Assembly: GCA_001600815.1 (NCBI GenBank) | Contig: BCKZ01000005.1 | Coordinates: 443,532 to 494,174 of the forward strand | Length of the DNA: 50,643 nt | Reading direction: 5' to 3' | Origin: Alloascoidea hylecoeti | Taxonomy: Eukaryota | Part shown: positions 33,760 through 46,500 of the stretch, piece after piece | How positions within the stretch are numbered: the first letter of the stretch is position 1 | Layout: every line of letters starts with the position of its first letter | The notes under the pieces: model-generated | Databases searched by the model: none | Seen by the model: only the letters and a program-made list of their open reading frames with translations | What the model was told of the DNA's origin: nothing | Made by a program: the position numbers and the translations under genes

Positions 33760-35162
33760 TTGGGTGTTCCTTTGGTCTAGGTACATAAGAAGGGAAGAAA
33801 GAAGAGCGTCAAGAATACACAAAAATAAGAAGAATAGAAAGAGAGAGGTTTTTATTTCACTATATATAGTAGAGATTTTCTCAGAATTTACATAGTTTCT
33901 AGTTATATAATTTAATTGGAAAATAAAAAAAAAACTATAGGCTAATAATAGATACATTATATACATTAAAGGTGTTAGAAATTAGGAAAAGTATTACATC
34001 ACCCGAAACCTTAAACGAAATAGATTGGGGTATTTTATTTTCCAAATATTAATATAACATTATAAAATAAAAATGAATGAAAACAAAATAAACAAGGTGG
34101 TAAGAAAAAGAGAGATAATAAAAACAAATAAGTAGAGAAATGAAAGAGAAATAGAGAAGAAGAAGAGGTTTTATACTCTTGGAGGAGTGATTTCCTCAAT
34201 TTAATAATTTTTAGTTAGAATATTTCAATTAATTAGATATTTTAATCAGAAATTATGGTTAAAAAGAAAAAAAAAAAAAAAGACACCACCACAAATCTTA
34301 TATGAGATTGATTGGGGGATTCTAATATTGGATATATAGTTATATAGTTATATTAAAATTGTTTTTGTTATTACATAGTTACATATATATGGGGTGATAT
34401 TTATGGTGAACTAATTTCACTTATATATTAGCTAGTTCCTACATTAGTTAGTTTTAGAAAATACACGTTCTTTTTATAATAAAACTTTACTATGCCTCAG
34501 AATAAATCCAAGGACATCAATGAGCAAGAGCCTCTAAGCCAACATCTAATATCTGAAAACTTGAAAAAGTAAAAAAATTCAAGGTGGTCTAGGTTCATAA
34601 GAAGGGAAGAAAGAAGACATTAATATTAAGAAGTAGTATGGAAATAATAATCAAAGAATAGTCGAATAATGAGTTCCTTTACATTTCGTAAGAGAACCAT
34701 ATAGACCTTTCCTTTTTTGTTCTTCTAAAAAAGAGCTTTACATCTCGTTATTATGTAATTGTCGTTCGTCTTTAACTTATTGTTGTTCTTGTTTCATATA
34801 TTCATGTTGCTATATTATATATATTCTCACGTTACTATTGTTAGTTGTTATATATCGATCATATGGCTATGGCTTTTACTTGAACTATATAAACCCTCAT
34901 TTTCCTAGTCTTCAGTCTTAGTATAATATACTTAACTTTCCTTTTCCTCTCGATCTCCAACAATTTTTGTAGAGAAACTAGGAAACGGTCCTCTTACGAG
35001 TGTGGGGTATCTTAATGTGGTGGCATTTATTTAAATAAATAAGAAAGAGGAGAAGGACAAGAAAGATATAATAAGATAAAGAGGTTTTTCATTTCCTTCA
35101 TTAAATAGTTTTTGGTTGGTCATTTAATTGGAACTTATATATAAAGTTTAAAAAATAAAAAG
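33760..35162 (+). mobile_element. Array of 5'-truncated non-LTR retrotransposon 3' ends upstream of tRNA-Gly (same family as 21661-23445)
   Basis: Units at about 33760-33934 (A10 tail), 33935-34281 (A5GA15 tail), 34282-34340, 34400-34680 and 34969-35162. About 60 bp are near-identical to 21662-21722. Shared ORF-end peptides WVFLWSRYIRREERR / IDWGILFSKY / IDWGILIL / WSRFIRREERR / WGILM. Confidence 0.72.
34718..34962 (+). mobile_element. Possible solo LTR (245 bp) nested in the array
   Basis: TGTT...AACA ends, near-matching 5-bp flanks TTTTT/ATTTT, internal TATATAAA at 34886. Only one copy is visible. Confidence 0.35.
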
Positions 35163-36384
35163 AAGCAATTCTGATAATGCATGAATGGTGAAGAATTGGT
35201 GGCATTAATATTTGAATAATAAATGGATATAAATAAGCCGATTTGTTACGTATTTCTAGTTTCTTCTTTAAGTTATCATTAAGTTAATCTTTAATATACA
35301 ATTGCTTAATTAAAGCCATAAACCATGAGGGTCAGCCCTTGGTGAAGGGTTGGTTTCTTCACACGAAAACGTTACTTATATGAGAGGTTAATATTGTTTG
35401 AGTTTGGTGAGACTAACCCATGTTAATTATAAGTGCTACTTATGTGTTATGCAACAAACGGTAATAAATCACACTGCATATGCATATGCATATATAAACT
35501 TTATATGTACACCATTCCCATTTTCTTTTACAAAATTTCAGAGTATATTTATTAGTTAATATTACAACAAAATATTTTAATCCTATACTAGAATTATAAA
35601 AAAGTTAAAAAAATGATGATTTTATATATGATAGAATGTATTATGCATATGCACATACTAGCATCTGAACCATCCGACTAAAATTTTCACCACGATCATT
35701 AATCTTTTTTCTAATTTCTTTTTTTTTGAATATATATATTTTACTTAACACTATATATCCGGTCTATCACCCTCAGTGTTTTTTTTCTCTGATTGACCTT
35801 TTTATGGAGGGTATTTTCCTCATAATCTGCCAACCGTTAACGTTTCCTGTTCAGTGGAGGTAAATTCAACAACGATTCTTTATACTTCTCTATCATTGTA
35901 TCACAGGGGGTGTCTTAATAAGGTTTGCGGTTTTGGCACCATAACTTCTCATAGGTGAAAGACATATCCTAACAAGTTGGATATTACATATATATAATTG
36001 AAACAGGAAACCTAAAGCGATCATTGCATCAGAGAATGGGAACTAAGAACAGAAAAGTAATATATAAAATGCTAAGGCAAGATATGAAATGGTGAAATAT
36101 GGGTCATTATAAATGTTGTAGAGTTTTAGATATGACGAGAGGATAATTTCTTGAAAGTTTAAGAGAATTCATCTGCTCATAGATCTAGATAGTCAATTAA
36201 TTATTATTATCAGATTATTATTATTCTATTATATTATTATACTGTTACTCATTTATTTCTTGTGCAATTCATTTTAAGTCTTAATTTTTACAGAGATCAA
36301 ATTGGCCGTATTCCATTCAATTACGGTCATTTGTTTCTCCACCTAGCATGAAAACTTACTAACCGTAATTGTTTCACTAGTGTA

Positions 36385-36990
36385 GAATATGGTTTCATCA
36401 ACATAAATCTGGTTTCATCAACATAAATCTGGTTTCATCAACATGAAGCTCAATTGATTTATAATGAAGTTGTTGATCAAACCTTCAAGAGCATCATACC
36501 AAGATTTAAGATCATAGATCCAGAGAAATCAGTATTCGTACAACATGGGAGCCATCTCATTTATTATTCGTTGATTCCTATCAAGAAAGCTTTAAATCCA
36601 TTTTAAATCCATACAGTGTCTGTTTGCATTTTGTTTTAGCGGCTTTTGTTTCGGTGGTGGGGCGCGTCTTGGGACTGTATCTCTGGTCAATCACTTCATC
36701 CACAATCTGGTAACACGCTTCCTTATCAATCTCCACACCTATTCTAGCCGTAAACCAGTGGATTATTGGGTTGTTCCTTTTATAACTGTGTGAGCAAAAT
36801 CGGTATTTTTTGTTTACAACAGCCGAAGAGAGTCCACTATTCTCTCTGAAATAAAATGTTGAGTCGGCACACCGTTCTCTTTAGCAATTTTTGAAATTTA
36901 TGTATTCCTTTCAAGTGATAATTGATCAAAATCTTTAAAGATTAATATTCTACTCTCCTTGCTCTTTGATACAGGAGGCTTTAAATTTGA
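36385..36990 (-). mobile_element. Decayed pogo/Fot1-type transposase, N-terminal half
   Basis: ISKIAKENGVP.STFYFR (HTH), KWI*SFLDRNQRI, DLKSWYDALEGLINNFII and VDETRFML (for MDETGFML), in order. Confidence 0.7.
36390..36444. repeat. 20-bp tandem repeat TGGTTTCATCAACATAAATC x2.7
   Basis: Read directly; it triplicates the DET-motif codons of the pogo relic. Confidence 0.9.
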
Positions 36991-37413
36991 TTATTTTTCC
37001 TTAATATTATTTTCACGGATATCAGAAGGGGACAAAGAATATACGGGCCAGGGTTTACAAATTACGCGATCTGTCAAAACGCCCCTCATACTGCCCAGAC
37101 TGAATGGAAGTCACTCTATAAGATTATGGTACCATGGTACATGTATAAAAATTTGTCATACTGATCATGAGCCAGCTAATGAAAGTGTGAACTATTTATT
37201 TTCAATGAGTCTATAGCTACCTTTGAAATGCATCTCAACATATTTTACACAAAATTATAAAACTATTAACTTTAGATGCTAGTTTAATTAATATAGCAAT
37301 ATTAGAATTATATAAATCACTGGATTAAACTAAATGTGGTATCTATGTATATTGTACGAGCTAGAAGCAAATTATCGTGCCAGTAGATTGTTCATACACT
37401 CCATTAATAATGA

Positions 37414-38148
37414 TTATACATCATCAAAAAATAGTTGCAAGTAATATTCTTTTGTGTCTTTATCCCAATATGTCCAAAATCCATCACTGCCTTTTGCAAG
37501 GTCCTTCGATGGAATTTTAAAAGCCACTGTCTCACACGGTTCAGCAGCTATGACCAAGTATCGATAATTTGTATTTAATTCCGGAGTCTCCTGTTTCTGT
37601 TCATAGCAGGACATAAATCGATGTCTTGGTACTATATCCTCTTTGATGTCTTCATAGTGTAACTGAAACTTAAGACCAATACGTTTCGAAACAGGATCCC
37701 TAATCTTGGCAATTTTATAACCAGGTCGACCAGTTTTAACAAATTTATGCTTTTTTATTGTAGAGGCTGTTGGACCACGAGCGTCCGCTATACTACCTTC
37801 TAATTGTTGTTTTTGGTCTTTCGCTGCCCTTTTAGCTAAATTTGTCTGATGTTTTCTTCCTTGAGTATGTGATAGGTATGAACCTTCAGACACATGTGTA
37901 GTAGAGCATAACCTGCATTCTAAATGACCAACGTGATTCCTGAAGACATAAGGATCTTTGTCAAAGTTTATTGTTTCTAATGCTAATTGCCGTTGACGTT
38001 CTCGTTTATATGCGTTGGATTCTGCCCAACCAGCTTGGCCACCACCTAAAATAATTAAAAGTTTTAGATTCAGATTGTTTATATATTTAATAATAATGGG
38101 TAAATACTTACTTCCTTTCTTTGATCCTACTCGATTTTGGAAATCCAT
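37414..38148 (-). CDS. PRP11: U2 snRNP SF3a subunit Prp11/SF3A2; exons 38148-38112 and 38045-37414
   Basis: Starts MDFQNRVGSKKG; 66-nt GTAAGT...TTTTAG intron (38111-38046); then SGGQAG...DPYVFRNHVGHLECRLC.T.H..EGSYL.HTQGRKH (U1-type zinc finger), GRPGYK, AAEPCETVAFKIP. Confidence 0.92.
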   Translation of the reverse strand: MDFQNRVGSKKGSKYLPIIIKYINNLNLKLLIILGGGQAGWAESNAYKRERQRQLALETINFDKDPYVFRNHVGHLECRLCSTTHVSEGSYLSHTQGRKHQTNLAKRAAKDQKQQLEGSIADARGPTASTIKKHKFVKTGRPGYKIAKIRDPVSKRIGLKFQLHYEDIKEDIVPRHRFMSCYEQKQETPELNTNYRYLVIAAEPCETVAFKIPSKDLAKGSDGFWTYWDKDTKEYYLQLFFDDV

Positions 38149-38284
38149 CTGAACATGGAAATATGGGTTTGAAGAAAAAAATCCTAACATCTGATTTAGC
38201 TCATCGTAAAAATTACCACGTGATACCCATAAGCTATAGCTACAACATACCATTTGAGTTATTAAAAAAATACTTTCGCCTAGT

Positions 38285-38910
38285 ATGAGAAAGAGAGGAG
38301 TTGTCTGGCTGGAGTAGAGAGGAAAAGCATAGTCTAGAACTGGGAATACTATGAGGTTGCCCAGCCATTCTCGTTCTTACTCTTGCCAAAGATAATTCTT
38401 CCTGAACATTTACATTAGGAATATTTCGTTTTATGAATCTTGTTGTGGTGTTTCTTAAGAATATGTATTAAACCTGGGTAACTTAACAGGTAGCACTGCT
38501 GGACAGTACTAACATATTTATTTCAGTGATAATTTGTTAGTGAATATTTTGAGCGATATCCAAATGCGGAAAATAACAGGAAACACGTTGTAATATATAT
38601 TTCATTAAGATGCCACTAAGTTAATGGTAGTTAATTATAATGGTATATACTGAAGTTGCAAGTGGATTTTCACAGTTGCATGGACTTGGGTTTTATTAAT
38701 ATTTTATTTTGCAACACACGATAATATATGCTGTCCACGGGCCCTGAAGTCATGGCCAAAAAAAGTTTAAATAAAGCATTATAACTTATATGTAAACAAT
38801 CAATTTAGAGCCTCTTGAATTCTGAATTTAACAATGTGTTGGGTATATTACACTCTTAGAACAGTTCACTAAAGAGTCGATTGGCTTTTTGGTGCAACTG
38901 GGAGAACAGG
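38285..38910 (+). mobile_element. Heavily decayed pogo/Fot1-type transposase
   Basis: Degenerate motifs in order: LAGVE.KSIV, L*GCP..LVLTLAKIIL, LG-IFRFM, KWIF, AVHGP*SH (for LDGHGSH), LEPLE (for LQPLD), FTKESI.GF.ATG. Confidence 0.5.
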
Positions 38911-39685
38911 CACTTTGAACTTTATTACAAGGTATGACAGACAGGATGTTTTGGATGTTATAAAAGATACGCAACTACATTTCGTTAAGCTGAGAGATAT
39001 ATTTAGTTGTTAAAATATCGTTAGTTGTTGTGAGTAGGTAAGATTGCTTTAAAACAAATAAGAAAACTATAGCTATAAAGCTATAGGATTATACGATATT
39101 TTTGTTCTTTGAAATAACCAATTATTAACTATCACCTTTTATTAAAAGTTACATTTGTAACAACAAACGATTGGGAATTCCTATAAGCCAAATACAAGTT
39201 TCCCTCTCCACCAGTTTTACAAAATTTAGGCACCAAATAAAACCTTTCATATTCTCTAATACTACTTTTATTTGTTTTTTGTTAAGAAAATACTACTTTT
39301 CAACACTTATTACAATTAAAATTCAAGGGGAACGCTATACTTTTCAGAGTTGAAATTCACTGTATCCAAGCATGCTAAACATAACTAAACAGTTATAAAG
39401 TTTATATATATATTATAGCTATATGAATTAGAACTGTGTTTTAACAAATCATATGATCAGATTTATCATCCTTATATAAAAAAACCTATTATAAATAAAT
39501 ATACGAGTTACGTATAAAATTAGAGCATTCAATAGTAACCATTTTCAAGTTGTTACTATTTCAAAGAAAGTAGGATCAGTACTATTGTAAGAGTACTTGA
39601 TTTCTAATAAATATATCATTCATGCTATGTGTGTACAAATATTCAAAACATAATGTTGCAATGCATTTGCATATAAATTTAAGCT

Positions 39686-41344
39686 CTAAGCAATCCAAAA
39701 CCAAATTCTTTCGCCTATGTTTCTTGGTATTCTTTCTGGAGTAGCAGCTTCTTCAGCATCGCATTCTTCTTTCCCCGTAAAGACATCAATTTCGTTGATT
39801 GGAATGCATACACCTCTCCTTGCACTTTTTGCGAAAATTTTGTGCCCAACATATAAAACTATGAAGATAGGTAATGTGATATAAGCAGCTATAAAAGATG
39901 AGGCAGTAAATTGATGATTGACAAATACCGCATAACCATTGGTGATAGTAATTATAATGACAGCAAAAAGGGCAAAATAAGTTGCATATGGTTGAAGTGG
40001 GGCTCTGAATCTCAATTCTTCCTTTAAGCCATTATATTCAATTGCTTTGCGAAATCGTAAATATGCCAAGAGAACACAAATCCAAGATAAAAAGCCAGAG
40101 ATAGTTGAAATGTTACTTAACCAACTGAAAACGGTTGCACTAGAATTTGAACAGTTGAGGTAAGCTAAAGAACAGAACGCCGAGCAAACACCAACAGCAT
40201 TGTATGGAACACCCCATTTGTTAACATTAGCGAAAAGCTTTGGTGCTTTGCCATCTCTAGCAAGGGAATATAAAGTCCTTGAAGCAGCATAAAGAAAAGA
40301 ATTACCTGCTGACCAAGCTGATGTTAAAATAACAGCATTTACAATATGGTTTAAAACAGGAATTCCTGCATTTTCAATACCAATCACAAATGGAGAAGCT
40401 TCTGCGGTAGAAGCACCGGTCATAAGCCTGTCGTCGTTTGAAGCCACAAGACAACCAATAATTATAGACGATAAAATGTAGAAGAACACTAATCTCCAAA
40501 TGAATCTTTTGGTAGCCTTTGGAATATTTCTTCTTGGGGCTTCAGTTTCACCAGCGGCTGTTGTAATTAATTCTGGCGAGCAAATAAATGAGAAACCAGA
40601 TTTAATAAGACATGTCCAGAAGCCTAAAAATTTTCCAGTTGATCCTTTAGTTAAATGTTCATGGAAGGGTCCTGGATTCTTCCAGTATCTAAAGCCGATT
40701 GCATCATGATCTGGACCACCACCCGCTATAATAACGATGCCAACAATGATAAGGACGAGAATAATAATGATTTTAATTGAAGCAAACCAAAATTCGGCTT
40801 CACCATAATATTTGACAGCTGTAAAATTGAGTATAATAATAACGAAGGAGAAAATGGTAATCCAAACAGCAATGTTGACGCTTTCTGTCCAATACTGAAC
40901 AACGAAGCCAGCCGCTGTCACTTCTGTGGGCACCAAAATAGCAAATGAATAGGCATAGTTATAGCCTGAAGCAAACCCTAAAGAGGTATCAAAGTATTTA
41001 GTGACAAAACCAAATGCACTTACACCTGGCTGGGGCAAATGAGTAGTCATCTCACCGAGAGCATTCATTACAGCCCATAATACAACTGACATTACAACAT
41101 AGGAAAGTACTAGACCAGCAGGACCAGCCGTTGCTAACATCGTACCAGAGCCGACAAACAAACCAGTACCAATGGCACCACCAATTGCTAAAAGTTGAAC
41201 ATGACGACTTTTCATTCCACGGTGAACATGCTGAACTTCAATACTCTCAACCCCATCCTTTGCATTTTCGAGTTGAGCACAAGAAGGTGAAGATGAGGAG
41301 GTGGACTGAATTCGGGTATTGTTCTCTATGTCTTTTTCATTCAT
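39686..41344 (-). CDS. PUT4: YAT-family amino-acid permease, proline permease type
   Basis: GMKSRHVQLLAIGGAIGTGLF, YYGEAEFWFASIK, IKSGFSFICSPELI..AGE..PRRNIPKA.KRFIWRL.FFY (Put4/PrnB-like), about 12 hydrophobic segments. Confidence 0.85.
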   Translation of the reverse strand: MNEKDIENNTRIQSTSSSSPSCAQLENAKDGVESIEVQHVHRGMKSRHVQLLAIGGAIGTGLFVGSGTMLATAGPAGLVLSYVVMSVVLWAVMNALGEMTTHLPQPGVSAFGFVTKYFDTSLGFASGYNYAYSFAILVPTEVTAAGFVVQYWTESVNIAVWITIFSFVIIILNFTAVKYYGEAEFWFASIKIIIILVLIIVGIVIIAGGGPDHDAIGFRYWKNPGPFHEHLTKGSTGKFLGFWTCLIKSGFSFICSPELITTAAGETEAPRRNIPKATKRFIWRLVFFYILSSIIIGCLVASNDDRLMTGASTAEASPFVIGIENAGIPVLNHIVNAVILTSAWSAGNSFLYAASRTLYSLARDGKAPKLFANVNKWGVPYNAVGVCSAFCSLAYLNCSNSSATVFSWLSNISTISGFLSWICVLLAYLRFRKAIEYNGLKEELRFRAPLQPYATYFALFAVIIITITNGYAVFVNHQFTASSFIAAYITLPIFIVLYVGHKIFAKSARRGVCIPINEIDVFTGKEECDAEEAATPERIPRNIGERIWFWIA

Positions 41345-42619
41345 GATGTATTTTCTGTTATAATGACAGAAGATTATTTAAAAAAAGAATAATCAAAGGT
41401 GGATATCTTTGGTTTAAAAAGCAAATACCTAATTTGTAAAAAATTTTATTTTTCAATGTCTTTAAGTTTATACCTGCACATACAGCATATATCTATCTTA
41501 ATGCATAAAATTAGATGGTATGTAACATTATGTATATGAATAATTTGGTTTCTTATTATCTTTTAGTAATAATACTTACAAACAGAAACTATAAGGCATT
41601 TTTATTCCAGGAGTTATGGAATTGTAATCTATAATACATTCATCTGAAATTTCTGTCATTATTTACTCACGTACTAAGCAGATCTGAAGAGATTACCTTA
41701 AGAAACCGACAAATATTTAAATCTAACGTCATAATCCAGGGTCTCTACTATTCTCTATTCAATAATAATATCCCTGTAAGTTACACTTTTGTATTCTAGT
41801 TGAATCTTTTGTTTGGCTCAGGGAGCTGTAGTGAATACTAGCATACTCACTACCCCATATTTTTAACCAGCTATAATATATCATCAATAAAACTCGGTCG
41901 AGTTAACCCCCACCGAAGACCAGCAGGTAATAACCTTATACACTCTTACTATAACTTTATCTGCCTTCATTATAACTGTAAATAATTGTATGTTATTCTT
42001 TGCTAATGAGATAATCTCTAGTTGAAACTCTACATTTAGACATTAAAAAATCAAATGAATATTAATGTCTCGTACGTAACATGGAAATGATAATCAATTG
42101 ACTTCAGCATAAGCTTAAGCTTCTAGAGCAAATTTTCGGGTGGCTGGAGGGGAATAAATGTCCACAGTATAAGGAGAAAGAAATTTAGAGACTTGATTTA
42201 GCACCATCCTCCTTCTTTCATAATACCTGTTTTTTCTTGATCGTTGTAGACATCGCGATTGCGATGACGTAGGGCTTCAAAGTTCAAACTAATTTATTGA
42301 TGAAATTTCGATCACTTGAATGGTAGAAGCAATCTGACGTACATCCATTTAATTATATATTTCCTTAAAATTTAACATTCTTAGAGAGCTAATCGTTGTG
42401 ATCTTAACTTTTTATAATGAGTATTAGATTGAGACTTTAGTTAAGGACATGAAGAGGAAAAGAAAAGAAGAAGACCTTTGTTACACAAGAAAGTGTCAAT
42501 ATGTCATTTCCAAGTTGGTAGCTATCAGGAGGAAAAAGGTCAGGAAATTGATTGTCAACTACATATAGGAAGCTATTAGGAGCGAGAGGAGAGATGGCTA
42601 TAACCTTTCCAATAAGATG

Positions 42620-43020
42620 ACTTAGATAAGCATTGGCTCGGAGGTTATCTGAATATTTAAAATACATCCACGTCAAGGGAGACTTATATTAGCTCCAGGA
42701 ATTCTGTTTCCCAACAAAACTTCAGCCTCTGCGTTCACGATCACTCTAGCTCCGTGTTTCATCCATGTTGTAGATTGGTTTCTTTAAATTCCTCTAAAAT
42801 GGTGAGGGGAAGATATATATTATGTTATAACTGCTTTTAAACTGTACAATATATGATTTTTTGATTCATTCACAATTCCCACGAGCATCTACTGTTGACT
42901 TAGACCTTCCCTATTCGATGGAATAACCATGGTCAGTAAGATCTAGGCCTCAAGATCATCACTGATATCATGATTTTGGAGATTTAAAGATAGCATGTTC
43001 CTCTCGATGGACGACTCATT
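42620..43020 (-). mobile_element. Decayed pogo/Fot1-type transposase fragment
   Basis: DDLEA*I.LTDHGY (CENP-B HTH-like), an intact IYNMDET motif at about 42756-42776, then RVIV...PG...CI...PMLI. Confidence 0.6.
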
Positions 43021-43214
43021 AGTATTGTGTCTACCACAATTTCTCTCCCAAATTTAAATTTGAAAATGGTTAATATTATAAAAAAGTGTAGTTCCTTCTA
43101 TAGCAAGCTGTGGTTGACGTAAACGTGCAATTAATATTAAGTTTCATTGTTAACCTTAACCTTCGCAGGTGAAGGTTTCACACCTTAATTGAATCTACTG
43201 AAAAACATTAGCCT

Positions 43215-43560
43215 ATAGGCTTGCTCCGTTAAACTTTATAGCCGTCTACTGAATGATATGAAAATTATTTCTCGGAATCTTCCTACACTCAAAAACAAAA
43301 AAAACTGCCATTGAAGTTGTAACCTAGAACTTTCTACCAGATCAAAAATTGTGACCTTCTCCAAATTGGTGACTCAAAATAATAAGGCTAGGTGGAAATT
43401 TTACGTATACCATCTCCATAACGCTATATCAATTGTGGTGCACACATTTATTCCCAAACAAATATAAATAGATTATAAAGCTCTCGCTAATACTCATATG
43501 GCATATACCATATTTGAGAACACCCGTAAAGTAGCACCATCCGGCCATTGACACTATACA
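43215..43560 (-). mobile_element. Possible decayed Tc1 transposase C-terminal fragment
   Basis: GRMVLLYGC..YG (for GSVMVWGC..G), KFPPS..L.PI (for WPP.SPDLNPIE) and AIKFNGA (for AVIKAKGG), in order. Confidence 0.35.
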
Positions 43561-46500
43561 TCTGATTCAGAGGGGTATACATAAAATTATTCAGGGTTTG
43601 GGAGAGTTTTTTGAAAAAATAAATAGATTTCCAGTAATTTGTAGCTAATAGCTATAGGGCTATAGCTGATTTGAAATTGCGGTAAGATTTACGATGGTGT
43701 CTTATCTATTCTTTACGATGCATACTCTTCATTAAGTTATAGTGATATCAGAAATAAGTAATTATCACAACATTTAAATTTAGCCAAATTCAACTAGTTC
43801 TTCGCCATCTATAGCTAGAATGACTTCCTATATAAGACTTTATAGGTACTTATAGCGACATGACAAACTGTGTCATTCTATTAAATTGTTATAAAAATAG
43901 TCTGAGGCCAACAACTGCAATCAAAAACTTGTAAGTTATACTTCAATATTCCCTCAGATAGCTTATACTCAAGGCATATCAAGCTTACACGTACCTATAT
44001 AGCTAACTAAAAGTCCTAGATATAGGATATTTCAATAGAGACAATACACATTGGACACCTAGTTTAGGTATTTTTTTGAACTATTGTAAGTTCCCCTTAA
44101 TCTTCCCATATATTTCACATGATATGAATATTATGGCAGCACGAACTCTTTGAAATTATAATTAGACGGAATCTTATAATAGAAAGAAGTTGATCTTTAG
44201 TAGCTATAAAGTCAATTAAATCTTTTAACTATCATTATGTTATCTTTTACGGTTTTCTATATTCAATCATATTAATTATATGTTAAGCGATTTTTACTCA
44301 TATAGAGTGATGCATATATTGATAGTTGATTAATTTGTTTCAACATCTTATCGGTTTAGGATTATATGATGCATAAGCATAACTATAGCTATATTCATAT
44401 TTATATATTATTTGCTTATGGTGCAATCATGTTGGTTACAATTGCGATTTTACAGAATTATCTAGAGGCCAAGCTTACATTCGGTATCGTTTAACCTCCT
44501 CCTGCTCTCACGTTTACCGAAGTTTAAGACTCAAAAACCTACCTTCCAGCATGATATTTGAAGCAATTGGCTTTTAACTGTCGCCGAATGAAGATATTTG
44601 CCGATAATAATCAGTTTTGTTGTAAGTAATTTCAATTGGGATGCAGATCCTGTTGTGGTAGTGCTATACATAGAAATTAATCATAATTATAATCTGGAGT
44701 TCTTAAAATATAACATCAGTTTTTATATTATAAATTTTGATGCCTTCAAAGTTCAATGGTATTTTAGGTGTACATGCTGTTTTTTTAGTTGGACTATTTC
44801 TCCTTATTTATCTACTTTAAATAAAAATATTTACTCTTATTATGGTCATTTCACTTAATTTAGGCCATCTTTTGAAATGAATATTGAGCCTTACGATGCA
44901 CTAATGTTCGGCCATAATTATACATAAGTATAGACCATTTAATGTAATAATTATTAAACCACCAATTAAGTAATGAATTCGGCCATATTTCAAACTAACT
45001 AATCAGCATCACCCAATTTCGCATGGCCAATGATTCAGTCATCGCACCCGAGAATAGCTAGTGATTAAAATAAGTGGAATGATACTACAGTAATAGTAAT
45101 TTATCCTAATAGTAGGCCCAACAACATTATGTATCTTGGTACGGTATTTATGAGTCCATGACATCGATTTGATTTGTAACATGTTACTATTATAATTTCA
45201 TAACTATGGTAGAGAGCAATGCTAACGAGCTCAAACTATTACTGTAAATCCGGTGATCGACAGGACTCTTAATAGAGCTTATAAAAAGAACTTGAACTGC
45301 ATGTCTTTAATTATAATGTCGACAAGAGGTCGTGCGATTTTTTGGAGGTAAACTGGCTCTACCTATTATATATTTCATATATGGATTTGTAGTTGTTGAT
45401 TCACAATTTCACACTTATATGAATCAGTATATTTATAGAAGTAACCACTATTCGAAATGCAGGCGATTGCAAGAGCAGGGCAAAATCTAGATAATAATTG
45501 ATCATTATGTTTGGTATATACCTCTATGTAAGATCTTATGCGGTGATATTAAGACTCAAAAAAGTAAAAGAAAGAGTAGAAGACAACTGCTAAAAAGTCA
45601 ATTGAAAATAATTATCACACCATTATTTACCTTAAACTGATGCTTAGGTTAAATATTTGATTGATTAGAATTAAGCTAGAGAAGTTAAAATTTATTGTGT
45701 ACCACATAAGTTACCCCTAATTCTTTGAACATCAAACTTTATACGATCGAAATCAATTATAAAGCCTGTACTTACATGTACTAAAAACGGTAATACATTT
45801 ACAGCTTCAGTTATACTTAAGTATACATTTATATTAACCGTATATACAAGTATAAGGCCTTATAAGTATAGGATATTCTATTCTTATTCTTATGATTATT
45901 ATGTAGATGTAAGTATAGCTATAGTAGGTTAATATTAGCTACAGTCATTGTGCAATATATATTATGGACCCATAAATATAGCAATTAGAAATTATGTGAC
46001 TTAAGCTATTTCTAAATTATATACTTCTAATCTTTTGATGGAAATTTCATTGCCCTTTCAATTTTGAAGTCTATAATTTGTGTATCATTACATGTACAAT
46101 TGATCTATTCAATTTTTGAGAATTATCCTTTATTTTGTTGTTTCTTATTTTCTCACATTAATGTTTCCATGATCATGTAATTAATCTCCCAGTCATTGAG
46201 TTTAGCGCTGTATCTATCTTTTAAGCTTAAGTCTAAACAATTCAATTTATCAATAGAATTCTACTTATATCCATGTATACGAAGATCTTGATTCAAGGTT
46301 AATATAACCTCTGCTAAGATGGATATATCATAATAATGATTGATGAATTTCAAATATCGAGCTCTTGCCGATCATCTAAATGTGGTAGTAGAATATTATG
46401 TATAACATAGTAAAAGAAAAGTACATAAATCTTATATGTATGAGATCAATGCTGGAGTAGGGTTCTATTTCAGTAGAAAATATATTGTCGAGTATTGAAC

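Noticed and set aside
36357..36380. TACTAAC...CTAG looks like an intron 3' end
   Set aside because: No convincing donor or host ORF, and the adjacent sequence is the antisense of a pogo relic.
38149..38253. N-terminal extension of the PRP11 ORF in the track
   Set aside because: The conserved protein starts at MDFQNR (38148). The longer ORF is an upstream open frame read through the in-frame intron.
38282..38466. Two-hairpin fold with an ANANNA-like hinge suggesting an H/ACA snoRNA; also a reverse-strand snR30 m1-like motif
   Set aside because: No ACA box, no recognisable rRNA guide and no m2 motif. The same DNA is better explained as a pogo transposase relic. An Rfam/Infernal scan would settle it.
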